DNA of 64,000 bases from Candidatus Hydrogenedentota bacterium (lineage in GTDB: Bacteria > Hydrogenedentota > Hydrogenedentia > Hydrogenedentales > SLHB01). The notes below the pieces were generated by a model. It had not been told where the DNA came from, made no database searches, and was given only the letters and a program-made list of their open reading frames with translations. Below, piece by piece: positions 39,462 through 48,280 of this stretch. Position numbers and translations under genes: made by a program. The stretch's first letter is position 1. The number at the start of each line of letters is the position of its first letter. The DNA lies in assembly GCA_963745075.1 (NCBI GenBank), contig CAVUWV010000014.1, positions 160,001-224,000 of the forward strand, given 5' to 3'.

Positions 39462-40742
39462 CTACTCGTCCAGGACCCGCAAGAAATGGGTCGGTTCGTG
39501 AATGACGTCCAGCGCGTCGATTTCCGCCAATGCGTCCTGTAAGGCGGATTCCACCGTTGCATACGTCATCAGCACCACGTGCACCCGGTTTACTTCATGT
39601 TCTTCTTTTTGGATGCACGATGCAATGCTCACGCCGTGATCGCCGAGGATGGTACATATCTTCCCCAATACCCCCGGACGGTCCAGCGTCGTCAACCGCA
39701 GATAGTACCGGCCCTGCACGCTGCCCATGCTGCGGATGGGCCGTTTCTGCTGATAGTTGAAGGGGGGCGGCACGGGGCCGTTCCCGCGGCGGGCGATATC
39801 CACGACGTCCGCAACCACCGCGCTGGCGGTCGGCATCCGGCCGGCGCCGCGACCGTAGTAGAGCGTAGCGTCGGCGATATCCGACTTGACGTAAATGGCA
39901 TTAAACTCGTTTCGCACCGATGCCAGGAGATGATCGTCGGGCACCAAGGTCGGATGGACCCGCGCTTCGATCTCGCCGTTGCACTCGCGGATCACGGCGA
40001 GCAGTTTGATCAGGTATCCCATTTCCTGCGCGTATAACACGTCGGCATGGGTGACTTTGGTGACACCTTCGGTGTGGATGTCGTCCAGAGTGACCTCCGT
40101 CGCATAACACAACGACGCCATGATCTGACACTTGTGCGCCGTATCGTGCCCTTCGATGTCGAGATCGGGGGGCGTTTCCGCGAATCCTTGTTCCTGCGCC
40201 TGTCGCAAGGCCTCCTCGAATTCAAGGCCTTCATAGGTCATGCGGCTGAGGATGTAATTGCAGGTGCCGTTGAGGATGCCGTAAATGAACTCGATCCGGT
40301 TCGCGGAAAGTCCTTCGCGCAAGGCTTTGATGATGGGGATTCCCCCGGCGACCGCCGCTTCGTAGCGAAGTTCCACGTTGTGTTTCACCGCCGCCTCACA
40401 GAGTTCCGGCCCGTCATGGGCGAGCAGCATCTTGTTGGCGGTGACCACGTGTTTGCCCGCCTGCAGCGCGGCCAGGATGAACTTTTTGGCGGGGTTCAGC
40501 CCGCCGATGAGTTCCACCACGACTTCGACTTTGGGATCGTTGATGAGGGTCATCGCGTCGTCGCTGATGGTGACGTCCGTCAGGTTGTGTTCGTCGAAGA
40601 GCGCCGTGTTTAGATCGGCCACGTGCACCAACGCGACTTCGGCCCCGGACGTCCGTGAAATCACGTCGTCATTGGACAGCAGCGTGCGGATCACACCCCC
40701 GCCGACGGTTCCCGCTCCGATAACCCCAACTCCGATGGACAT
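39462..40742 (-). CDS. hom: Homoserine dehydrogenase with C-terminal ACT domain
   Basis: GAGTVGGG, VVTANK, EAAVAGGIP, GILNGTCN, GRGAG..PTASAV, DRPGVL. Confidence 0.95.
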   Translation of the reverse strand: MSIGVGVIGAGTVGGGVIRTLLSNDDVISRTSGAEVALVHVADLNTALFDEHNLTDVTISDDAMTLINDPKVEVVVELIGGLNPAKKFILAALQAGKHVVTANKMLLAHDGPELCEAAVKHNVELRYEAAVAGGIPIIKALREGLSANRIEFIYGILNGTCNYILSRMTYEGLEFEEALRQAQEQGFAETPPDLDIEGHDTAHKCQIMASLCYATEVTLDDIHTEGVTKVTHADVLYAQEMGYLIKLLAVIRECNGEIEARVHPTLVPDDHLLASVRNEFNAIYVKSDIADATLYYGRGAGRMPTASAVVADVVDIARRGNGPVPPPFNYQQKRPIRSMGSVQGRYYLRLTTLDRPGVLGKICTILGDHGVSIASCIQKEEHEVNRVHVVLMTYATVESALQDALAEIDALDVIHEPTHFLRVLDE

Positions 40743-40780
40743 TGATTTCCCCTTCAACCTGGTACGGGCTCAGTTCTCTT

Positions 40781-40936
40781 TCGGATCGAAATCGCTATCG
40801 GGATCGAAATCGATCTCTGCAGCTCCACAGGCCAAATCGTCCATCGCTATACGGCAAACACCAATTGCTCAATTCTCCCGTGGCGAAGCGATACTGTCGG
40901 TCCCGCTTTTGATCCCGATAGCGATCCCGATCCCGA
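40781..40936. repeat. ~29-bp inverted repeats built from ATCGGG/ATCGCT hexamers around a ~97-bp spacer
   Basis: tcggatcgaaatcgctatcgggatcgaaa ... ttttgatcccgatagcgatcccgatcccga. Confidence 0.75.
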
Positions 40937-40985
40937 TTTGGATTGTTCGAAGTAAGCACTAGGCCTACTGGCGAGCGTCCCACCC

Positions 40986-41225
40986 CTAATCCTCGATGAC
41001 GCACAACACGTCGCCGACCGAAATCTCATCCCCTTCGTGCACGTACTTTTCCTCCAACTTACCGGTTTTCGGGCACGGGATACTGAATGCCGCCTTGTCG
41101 GTGGTCAACTCGACCAGATCTTCGCCTTCCTTCACCGTGTCGCCTTCTTCGTACAACCAGTACGACACCGTGGCCGTGTCGGCCGCATCCTCGCCAAGAT
41201 TCGGCAGTTTAACTTCGTAGGTCAT
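40986..41225 (-). CDS. Stand-alone lipoyl-domain protein
   Basis: VKLP.LGE, W...EGD.V..GE.L.EL.TDKA lipoyl-Lys motif; AAGGAG RBS. Confidence 0.9.
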   Translation of the reverse strand: MTYEVKLPNLGEDAADTATVSYWLYEEGDTVKEGEDLVELTTDKAAFSIPCPKTGKLEEKYVHEGDEISVGDVLCVIED

Positions 41226-41271
41226 GCAACTATTCTCCTTACACTATGCTCAATGCGCTTTGGGAAACGCC

Positions 41272-42156
41272 TTACACGGCCCGGACCCGATTTTGCGCAA
41301 ACGCAGTTTTCATCAATTCCTCGGAGCGATACGAACTCCGTACAAAAGGCCCCGCCACGGCGAAGGCGAAACCGAATTCGTAGGCCCGTTCCTCGTAGGC
41401 GTTGAATTGGTCGGGTGTTACGTAGTCCGCCACTTCCCGCTGTTTGCGGCTGGGGCGCAGGTATTGTCCGATGCAAACCGCCTCGCACCCCGCATCCCGG
41501 AGGTCGTGGAGCGTTTGGTCGACTTCCTTCGGGGTTTCTCCGTGCCCAACCATCATGGCGGACTTCACGATTGCGGCTCCCGGGTGTCGGGACGCATGGC
41601 TAAGTATGCCAAGCGCTTCGCCGTAGGTGCAGCGTTTCCCGCGAATGGTGGCGTAAAGCCGCTCAACCGTCTCAATATTGTGGCCGAACACATCCGGGCC
41701 TGCGTCCAAGACGATGTCCACGGGATCGGCCTCTCCCATGAAGTCCGGCGTGAGCACTTCAACCGTCGTGTTTGGGCTCAGACGCCGGATCGCGCGGATC
41801 GTCTCGGCAATGTGTGTCGCGCCGCCATCGGGCAGGTCATCGCGCGTAACTGACGTGATAACAGCATGTTTCAGCTTCATTTTCGCGATGGCCTCGGCAA
41901 CGTGCTCCGGTTCGTGGGCATCGACGCCCTCCGGTTTCCCGCCGGGAACCGAGCAGAACCGGCAGCTCCGCGTGCAGGTGTTACCCAGAATCATGAGCGT
42001 GGCAGTCCGCCGCTGCCAGCATTCGGCCATGTTCGGGCACCGCGCGCTTTGGCAAACGGTATGCAGATCCAGCCCTTCTACCAAGTCCTTGGTGAAGCTG
42101 AAATCTCGTCCCGATGCCCAAGGCCGGCGGATCCATTCCGGGAAACGTTGTGCCAT
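41272..42156 (-). CDS. lipA: Lipoyl synthase
   Basis: CQSARCPNMAEC, CTRSCRFC, GQYLRPS, VRSSY. Confidence 0.95.
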   Translation of the reverse strand: MAQRFPEWIRRPWASGRDFSFTKDLVEGLDLHTVCQSARCPNMAECWQRRTATLMILGNTCTRSCRFCSVPGGKPEGVDAHEPEHVAEAIAKMKLKHAVITSVTRDDLPDGGATHIAETIRAIRRLSPNTTVEVLTPDFMGEADPVDIVLDAGPDVFGHNIETVERLYATIRGKRCTYGEALGILSHASRHPGAAIVKSAMMVGHGETPKEVDQTLHDLRDAGCEAVCIGQYLRPSRKQREVADYVTPDQFNAYEERAYEFGFAFAVAGPFVRSSYRSEELMKTAFAQNRVRAV

Positions 42157-42411
42157 GTTTCGAGCAAAACCTCGCTTGGCGTGTCGACAAAACACACGCC
42201 GTCCGGCTAGTATAGCATTTGTCGAAGGGCGATAGAAAGTTTCAGGCTGGTTTCGAGCATCACAGAAACGTGTTCCAGCGCAGGAGTGGCCCAGTTTGGG
42301 TTTAATATGGCGGGTCTCAGACAAGTTGCGATCCGAACCGGGAATATTGCGAAGCTATTGCTCTGGAATGAGTTAAGCCCAAGCTGTGTGAATTCATGTG
42401 AAGGAGGATCA

Positions 42412-42657
42412 TTGAGCGCAGAGAAAGGAGGCGGTGAGCAGCAGGACTCGGCTTTCGTCGAGATCCCATCGGACTGGCTCGCTGAATTCGAGGCCGCGGC
42501 GCGCCGGCCGCTGGAGACCCGGCTGAAGTATGCCTTTGTTCACACCTACAAGCCCGTTTTGGATGACGAACCCTATCGCTCCTTCGATACCATGGCGGAA
42601 TATCGCCAATGGTGTAACGAGAATCTGCCGGATTGGCTGGGATATGGCAGCGTTTGA
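42412..42657 (+). CDS. Small hypothetical protein coupled to nucleotidyltransferase
   Basis: AAGGAGG RBS before TTG; 81 aa; 14-nt overlap with next gene. Confidence 0.7.
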   Translation: MSAEKGGGEQQDSAFVEIPSDWLAEFEAAARRPLETRLKYAFVHTYKPVLDDEPYRSFDTMAEYRQWCNENLPDWLGYGSV

Positions 42658-43114
42658 CTACCGTCAGGCGGAAGAGATTCGCGACGCGTTCGCGCGTCAC
42701 GGAGTTCGCTATCTTTTCATCGGCAAGTCGGGCGCAATACTCCTTGGATATCCCGACACAACGCAAGACGCGGACCTGTTCGCGGAGAAATCCCCGGAGA
42801 ACGGCCGCGCGATCGTAGCTGCACTTCGTGAACTCGACTTCGCACTCTCCGATACGCACGCCGCCGAAATCGAGCGAGGTAAGGATTTTGTGCAGCTAAA
42901 AGACGGCCCTTTCGATCTCGATCTCGTCTTTGCGCCCGACGGTATCGAACGATTTGAAGATGCCTGGCGACGGCGTGTCGAGGTTGAAGGGTTTCCCGTC
43001 TGTCATCTGGACGATATTATCGCCAGTAAAGAAGCCTCAAGACGCACCAAGGACCTAGAGTCACTGCCGCGATTGCGGTCGTTCCGGGCCTATTGGCTGA
43101 AACATCATACATAG
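42644..43114 (+). CDS. Minimal nucleotidyltransferase-fold protein
   Basis: IGKSGAILLG...TTQDADL, D.I.SK.A..R.KD pattern. Confidence 0.75.
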   Translation: MAAFDYRQAEEIRDAFARHGVRYLFIGKSGAILLGYPDTTQDADLFAEKSPENGRAIVAALRELDFALSDTHAAEIERGKDFVQLKDGPFDLDLVFAPDGIERFEDAWRRRVEVEGFPVCHLDDIIASKEASRRTKDLESLPRLRSFRAYWLKHHT

Positions 43115-43163
43115 ATCTCGTCCGTCACACTTGGTGTACGGGAAAGCCTTACGGGGGAAACCT

Positions 43164-44531
43164 ATGAACAAGTCTGTAGCGGTGGCCATCTGGACACTCG
43201 CACTTATCGTTTCACGTTCGATCGCGGCCGCGGCCGTGGCTTTGTCTGCGAACGCGCCAAATCCGGACGCCGTCGCCGAAGTCGCCGCGGGCACACGGAC
43301 CGACGCAGACGCAGCGTGGTGGGGGTTCAATAAGGATGACGCGACGGACACCCTGCAATCCGCCATCGATTCCGGCGCGAAGAAGGTCGTGGTCCCCTAC
43401 ATGGGCGCACCTTGGATGGTTCGCCCGCTCACCTTGCGCAGCAATCTGGAGTTGGTCTTCGAGCCCGGTGTGTTGGTCCTGGCGAAGCAGGGCGAGTTCA
43501 AGGGCAAGGGCGATTCCCTGTTCCGCGCCTCGAACCAGACCGATATCACCATTCGTGGATACGGCGCCACGTTGCGCATGCGGAAGAAAGATTACCAGAG
43601 CGCGGACTACGAAAAAGCGGAATGGCGGATGGGGTTTTCGTTTACGGGATGCAAACGGATCCTGGTCGAGGGGGTCCGGGTCGAAAGCTCCGGCGGCGAC
43701 GGGTTCTATCTCGGCGCAACGAAGGACAACCCGTGGTGCGAAGACGTTACGCTGCGGGACTGCGTCTGTCGTGACAACCATCGACAAGGATTGAGCGTCA
43801 TCAGCGCGCAAAATTTGTTGGTCGAGAACTGTGAGTTTTCCGGCACGAAAGGCACCGCCCCGGAAGCCGGTATCGATCTCGAGCCGAACGGCGACAACGA
43901 ACGTCTCGTGAATTGCGTCATTCGCAACTGCGTGATGCAAGACAACGCGGGCAGCGGGATTCTGCTCTATCTCAAACCGCTGTCCAGCGCCAGCGAACCG
44001 GTGTCGATCCGATTCGAAAACTGCGTCGTCCGCATGGGTACTCCCGGCATGACGATGGAAGACTTCACCGATATCGATATGAAGGGGGCGGCCGGGATTA
44101 CCATTGGTGCATTAGGCGACGATGGACCGCAGGGGCAGATTGAGTTTGTCAATTGCACGACCGAAAACACGGCGGAAGAATGCGTGTTGCTTTACGAGAA
44201 ATCCGCCAAGAGCGCATTGGTCCGGTTCGAGAACTGCAATTTCAAACAGCCGTGGTTGTCTGCCAACCGCGGATACAGCGGCGTGCGCATGCCGATTCTG
44301 CTTAAGGGCGAGCGGCCGAAGGTAGCCGTCGATCTTGGCGGCATTGTATTTGAAAACTGTCACGTGTATGACGCCGTGCGCCGGCCCGCCATCGCGTACG
44401 TTCCGGGGCCGGAGGGTATCAGCTTGCGGGACGTAAGCGGTACCATCATTGCCCACAGTCCCGTGCAGGCGAAAGCGCAGTTCGATGCGAAAACCACGGA
44501 CATCTCGCTAAAGGTCGTCGCTGCTGAGTGA
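43164..44531 (+). CDS. Exported right-handed beta-helix (pectate-lyase-like) protein
   Basis: DAT..LQ.AID, GGDGFY, NHRQGLSVI, P.AGIDLEP. Confidence 0.85.
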   Translation: MNKSVAVAIWTLALIVSRSIAAAAVALSANAPNPDAVAEVAAGTRTDADAAWWGFNKDDATDTLQSAIDSGAKKVVVPYMGAPWMVRPLTLRSNLELVFEPGVLVLAKQGEFKGKGDSLFRASNQTDITIRGYGATLRMRKKDYQSADYEKAEWRMGFSFTGCKRILVEGVRVESSGGDGFYLGATKDNPWCEDVTLRDCVCRDNHRQGLSVISAQNLLVENCEFSGTKGTAPEAGIDLEPNGDNERLVNCVIRNCVMQDNAGSGILLYLKPLSSASEPVSIRFENCVVRMGTPGMTMEDFTDIDMKGAAGITIGALGDDGPQGQIEFVNCTTENTAEECVLLYEKSAKSALVRFENCNFKQPWLSANRGYSGVRMPILLKGERPKVAVDLGGIVFENCHVYDAVRRPAIAYVPGPEGISLRDVSGTIIAHSPVQAKAQFDAKTTDISLKVVAAE

Positions 44532-44598
44532 GCGTGCGCCGGCCGTTCCTGTACTGTGTATTCTGCTGCCCTGTAGTAAGTTACGGCGTCATAATCTC

Positions 44599-44627
44599 TT
44601 GACTTCTCGCGTCGGCTATGATAGCGT
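44599..44627 (+). promoter_or_regulatory. Possible sigma70 promoter for MinD-bactofilin operon
   Basis: TTGACT-N17-TAGCGT with extended -10 TG. Confidence 0.35.
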
Positions 44628-44640
44628 TTGGTAACGGCTC

Positions 44641-45621
44641 ATGGTGTTGCGGACCGCCAGCCGTAAAGCTCGGAGGGTACAGGTGCGGCTCATTGAGGAA
44701 CAACCCCTTACTACTCGGGCGGCGAAGAAGGCTCCAGAGGTTCTCGTTGTAGGAGGTGGCAAGGGAGGTGTGGGGAAGACCTGCTTCTCCGTCAATATCG
44801 CCGTCGAAATCGCGCGCAAGGGATGGCGGGTTGTGCTCGTCGACGCCGATCTCAGTTGTTCCAATGTCGAAACCGTCCTCGGCGTGCAGTCCACGTCCAA
44901 ACTCGACGATTTTTTCTACCAGCGGGGCGGGAAAGACATCCGCGCCATTCTCACCGAGACCCAGTACGAAAACCTCAGCCTTATTCCGGGCACGACGGGC
45001 CTGCTCGACGTGGCCAATCCCAAGTACCAGCAGAAAGTCGCGTTCATCCGGGAACTTGGCCAGCTCGACGCGGATCTAATCATCGTCGATCTTGACGCGG
45101 GCGCCCATTTGAATACGCTGGACTTCTTTCTCATGACGGATACGAACGGCGTATTGGTGATTACGCCAGAGAAGACCAGTATCGACAATGCGTTTAAGTT
45201 TCTTCGGGCGGCACTGTTCCGGAAGATCGAGCGGTTTTATCAGAGTCCGGAGGTCGCCATGTTGCTCAAACGCAATCGAACCGTGCGCGAGTTCATCGAC
45301 AGCGTGCGGGGTTCCGACATCTTCGAGGAGAAGACGCGTAAACGGGTTTGTGGCGAGATCGTTTCCATTGCGCGCTCCATCAAACCCAAAATCGTCGTGA
45401 ACCGCGCGCGCAACGCCTATGAAGCCCAAATTGCCGCGAATATCTTGTCGAAATTTGCGCGCCAGCAGTTGATGGTCGACCCCGAGAATCTCGGGTTCTT
45501 GTACTTTGATAAGTGCGTTCCGGAGGCGATAAACTGCGGGACGCCATTCGTCGTGAGTCACCCCAGGCAAAAGGTAACGGCATGTGTGGCCGATATCGCT
45601 AACCGACTTGGATACTTCTAA
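44641..45621 (+). CDS. MinD/FlhG/ParA family P-loop ATPase (start may be GTG 44683)
   Basis: Deviant Walker A GGKGGVGKT, LVDADL, DLDAG, ITPEKTS..NA. Confidence 0.88.
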   Translation: MVLRTASRKARRVQVRLIEEQPLTTRAAKKAPEVLVVGGGKGGVGKTCFSVNIAVEIARKGWRVVLVDADLSCSNVETVLGVQSTSKLDDFFYQRGGKDIRAILTETQYENLSLIPGTTGLLDVANPKYQQKVAFIRELGQLDADLIIVDLDAGAHLNTLDFFLMTDTNGVLVITPEKTSIDNAFKFLRAALFRKIERFYQSPEVAMLLKRNRTVREFIDSVRGSDIFEEKTRKRVCGEIVSIARSIKPKIVVNRARNAYEAQIAANILSKFARQQLMVDPENLGFLYFDKCVPEAINCGTPFVVSHPRQKVTACVADIANRLGYF

Positions 45622-45623
45622 TC

Positions 45624-46355
45624 GTGCTAGACAGAACCGATCCTAAACGTACTCCCCCGGCGCGGCCTCAACAACCCGAAGTTTCGCCTCAGGACATCCC
45701 CGACACGTATGAGGCCATGGAAGAAGCCGGCCGGAGGGGTTCGGGACTCTTCGGCCGAATGAACCAGGCATTCCAGGAGGCGTTGCACACGAGCCGCGGA
45801 CCCGGAAGCACGCGCGACGCCGTAGAGGAAGCAGGAGGGAATCCATCTGTGACCGCTGACGATTTGGCCATCCGCCGCGCGCGAAACGTGAAACTGCAAC
45901 GGATGGTGGTGCCGGAAGGGGTCATCATTGAAGGCAATCTCACGAGCGGTTCGGAAACGGAGATCGCAGGCAAGATCGATGGGAACGTTACGGTCGATGG
46001 CCGGCTGTACCTCGCGCCGAGCGCCCTCATTTCCGGTAACGTGCGCGCTACGACCTGCCGCGTTGATGGCATGGTAGAAGGCAAGGTGGACTGCACCCAG
46101 GACCTCGAGTTGGGCAAAAGCGGACGACTTAGCGCGGACGCCATGGGAGGCAAAGAGGTTACGCTGGCAGGGCAGGTTTTTGGGGACATCTCCAGCGGCG
46201 GCATCGCACGGATGCTTGCATCGGCCAAGGTCAACGGCAATATTCGGGCGCGGCGTATTGTTATCGAGGAAGGCGCGCTGTTCAATGGAACCTGCACGAT
46301 GCGGACCCCCGCACAGCGCGGCGAGAAACAGAAGAAAGAAGACTCTGGCAGTTAA
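45624..46355 (+). CDS. Bactofilin (polymer-forming cytoskeletal protein) with long N-terminal tail
   Basis: IEGNL, I.GKI.GNV, V.GNI...RIVIEEGA.FNG.C.M beta-helix repeats. Confidence 0.88.
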   Translation: MLDRTDPKRTPPARPQQPEVSPQDIPDTYEAMEEAGRRGSGLFGRMNQAFQEALHTSRGPGSTRDAVEEAGGNPSVTADDLAIRRARNVKLQRMVVPEGVIIEGNLTSGSETEIAGKIDGNVTVDGRLYLAPSALISGNVRATTCRVDGMVEGKVDCTQDLELGKSGRLSADAMGGKEVTLAGQVFGDISSGGIARMLASAKVNGNIRARRIVIEEGALFNGTCTMRTPAQRGEKQKKEDSGS

Positions 46356-46368
46356 GGAGTGACAAGTC

Positions 46369-47094
46369 GTGCTGTTGTATCCCATGTACTTTCAATGGAT
46401 CTGGGTTCTTATCCCCGGAGTGATCTTGTCCGCGTGGGCGCAATACAAAGTGAAGTCCACGTACCAGAAGTTCGCTCAGATTGGAACGCGCTCGGGGATG
46501 ACTGGCGCGGAAGTCGCCCAGCACATTATGAACGATGCCGAGGTGAAAGTCTCCGGCCAGCCCAACGGATACGTCCACGGGATTTCCTGTCCCATCAACC
46601 TCGTCCCCGGCGAATTAACGGACCACTACGATCCGCGCAGCCGCACGCTCAATCTTTCGGAGAGCGTCTACCACGGGCGTAGCATCGCGGCACTGGGTGT
46701 CGCCGCACACGAAGTGGGTCACGCAATCCAACACGCGAACGCCTATTCGGCGCTGATGTGGCGCAACGCGATCTATCCCATGACGAGTATTAGTTCGACC
46801 TTATCTTGGCCGTTGCTGTTTGGCGGATTCATCTTCGGTTTTTCGCCGTTGATCAACATTGGCATTGCGTTGTTCTCGATCGCGGTGCTCTTTACGCTCA
46901 TCACACTTCCCGTTGAGTTCGATGCGAGCAAGCGCGCCATTCGCGCCTTGGCATCGGGAGGATACCTTGCCGAAGACGAAGTCGCGGGTGCGCGCAAGGT
47001 TTTGACAGCCGCCGCGCTAACGTACGTCGCCGCAGCAGCGATGGCCGTTTTGCAACTGCTGCGCTTGTTACTTATTGCCCGTGGCCGGGATTAG
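46369..47094 (+). CDS. Membrane neutral zinc metallopeptidase (YugP-like)
   Basis: LTDHYDP, AAHEVGHAIQ, TLPVEFDAS.RA, AAALTYVAA. Confidence 0.92.
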   Translation: MLLYPMYFQWIWVLIPGVILSAWAQYKVKSTYQKFAQIGTRSGMTGAEVAQHIMNDAEVKVSGQPNGYVHGISCPINLVPGELTDHYDPRSRTLNLSESVYHGRSIAALGVAAHEVGHAIQHANAYSALMWRNAIYPMTSISSTLSWPLLFGGFIFGFSPLINIGIALFSIAVLFTLITLPVEFDASKRAIRALASGGYLAEDEVAGARKVLTAAALTYVAAAAMAVLQLLRLLLIARGRD

Positions 47095-47152
47095 TCGCAC
47101 GCCGGGCATCACGTTCGCAATGCGGTGCGACTATGGTAAGAGTTTGAGTTTC

Positions 47153-48271
47153 ATGCCCCTGATTCGCGTCATCGGTATTGTCACGCTTGCATCTCTTACC
47201 GCGTTCGCGGCTGACTTGGCCCCCGTCGAGACCCAGGCCGACGGCACCGCCGCCGGGCTCGGTCCCGCAGCTCGCGGCGCGGCCATTCGGAACGCCCAAG
47301 CCAACATCGTGGTCAACCGCTTGGAGATCTTGGCTCCAACGCGGGACTTCTCACTCTTCGCATCGATTGTGGAGAACCCGGAACGCTACGTTCCCGCGTA
47401 CCGCGTCATCCGTGAGGATACGACCGACAACGCCACGACGGTCGAAATTGCGGGGGAGGTTCTTGACGCCAAACTCAGGCGGGATGCGGCAAAACGTATC
47501 CTCGAAAGCCACGCGCAGAAACCCCGCGTAATTCTCATGGTCGACGAACGCATTGCACCCGATGAACCTCGCGCATTGAAAGACAAAGGCGTGGCCGAAG
47601 ACGCCATCGCCGAAAAACTTCGCGACGCCAAGTTTGACGTCGTGGATTCGCGCGAACTCCTCGCGAAGAATTCGGAAGCCGACTTGCGCCAATTTCTTGG
47701 CGGCAGCCCGGGTCTCCTGAGCGAACTGGCTCGTACGCATCTCGCCGACATCGTCATCGTCGGCAATGCATCGGCGCTGCTGGAAGGCGGCGCAGACGGG
47801 AAGTCGGGGCTCCATCGACTGCATGCGAAGGTCGATCTGCGCGTCATACGCGCCGCCGATGCCTACGAGTTGGATGACGTAAAGACCGAAGCCGTCCTGT
47901 TCAGCGCGGACGTCCGTGAAGGCGGCGCGTTGTGCGTAACCGACGCGTGCGACAAAGCTGCGCCCGCGCTGGTTGATGCGGCCGCGTTAGGAATGCTGGG
48001 CGGAACCCCGCAGGACAAGGTCTATCTCACGATAGAAGGGCTGGAAGGCAAAGCGCAGTTGGATCAGATTCTCGCGACCATCCAAGCGGTTCCCGGCGTT
48101 GATTCCGTGGATCAAATGTATACGTCGGACGTGATGGTACGGTTGGCAGTGGCCTACTCGGGATCGATGACGCCCTTCGTCGATGCGCTTTCCCGCGGAA
48201 AGTACGACGGACGTTACCTTCATATTAGGAGCGTCGTCAATCGCGATATGACCGTGCAAATCCGGCGATAG
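47153..48271 (+). CDS. Exported hypothetical protein (FlgT-N/CsgG-like architecture?)
   Basis: Signal peptide; AR..AIRNA N-terminal motif; KPRVI, F.VVD, ADIVIVG pattern. Confidence 0.55.
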   Translation: MPLIRVIGIVTLASLTAFAADLAPVETQADGTAAGLGPAARGAAIRNAQANIVVNRLEILAPTRDFSLFASIVENPERYVPAYRVIREDTTDNATTVEIAGEVLDAKLRRDAAKRILESHAQKPRVILMVDERIAPDEPRALKDKGVAEDAIAEKLRDAKFDVVDSRELLAKNSEADLRQFLGGSPGLLSELARTHLADIVIVGNASALLEGGADGKSGLHRLHAKVDLRVIRAADAYELDDVKTEAVLFSADVREGGALCVTDACDKAAPALVDAAALGMLGGTPQDKVYLTIEGLEGKAQLDQILATIQAVPGVDSVDQMYTSDVMVRLAVAYSGSMTPFVDALSRGKYDGRYLHIRSVVNRDMTVQIRR

Positions 48272-48280
48272 CGCGCCGCG

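Noticed and set aside
37155..40936. Repeats as a CRISPR array
   Set aside because: No regularly spaced identical direct repeats and no cas genes
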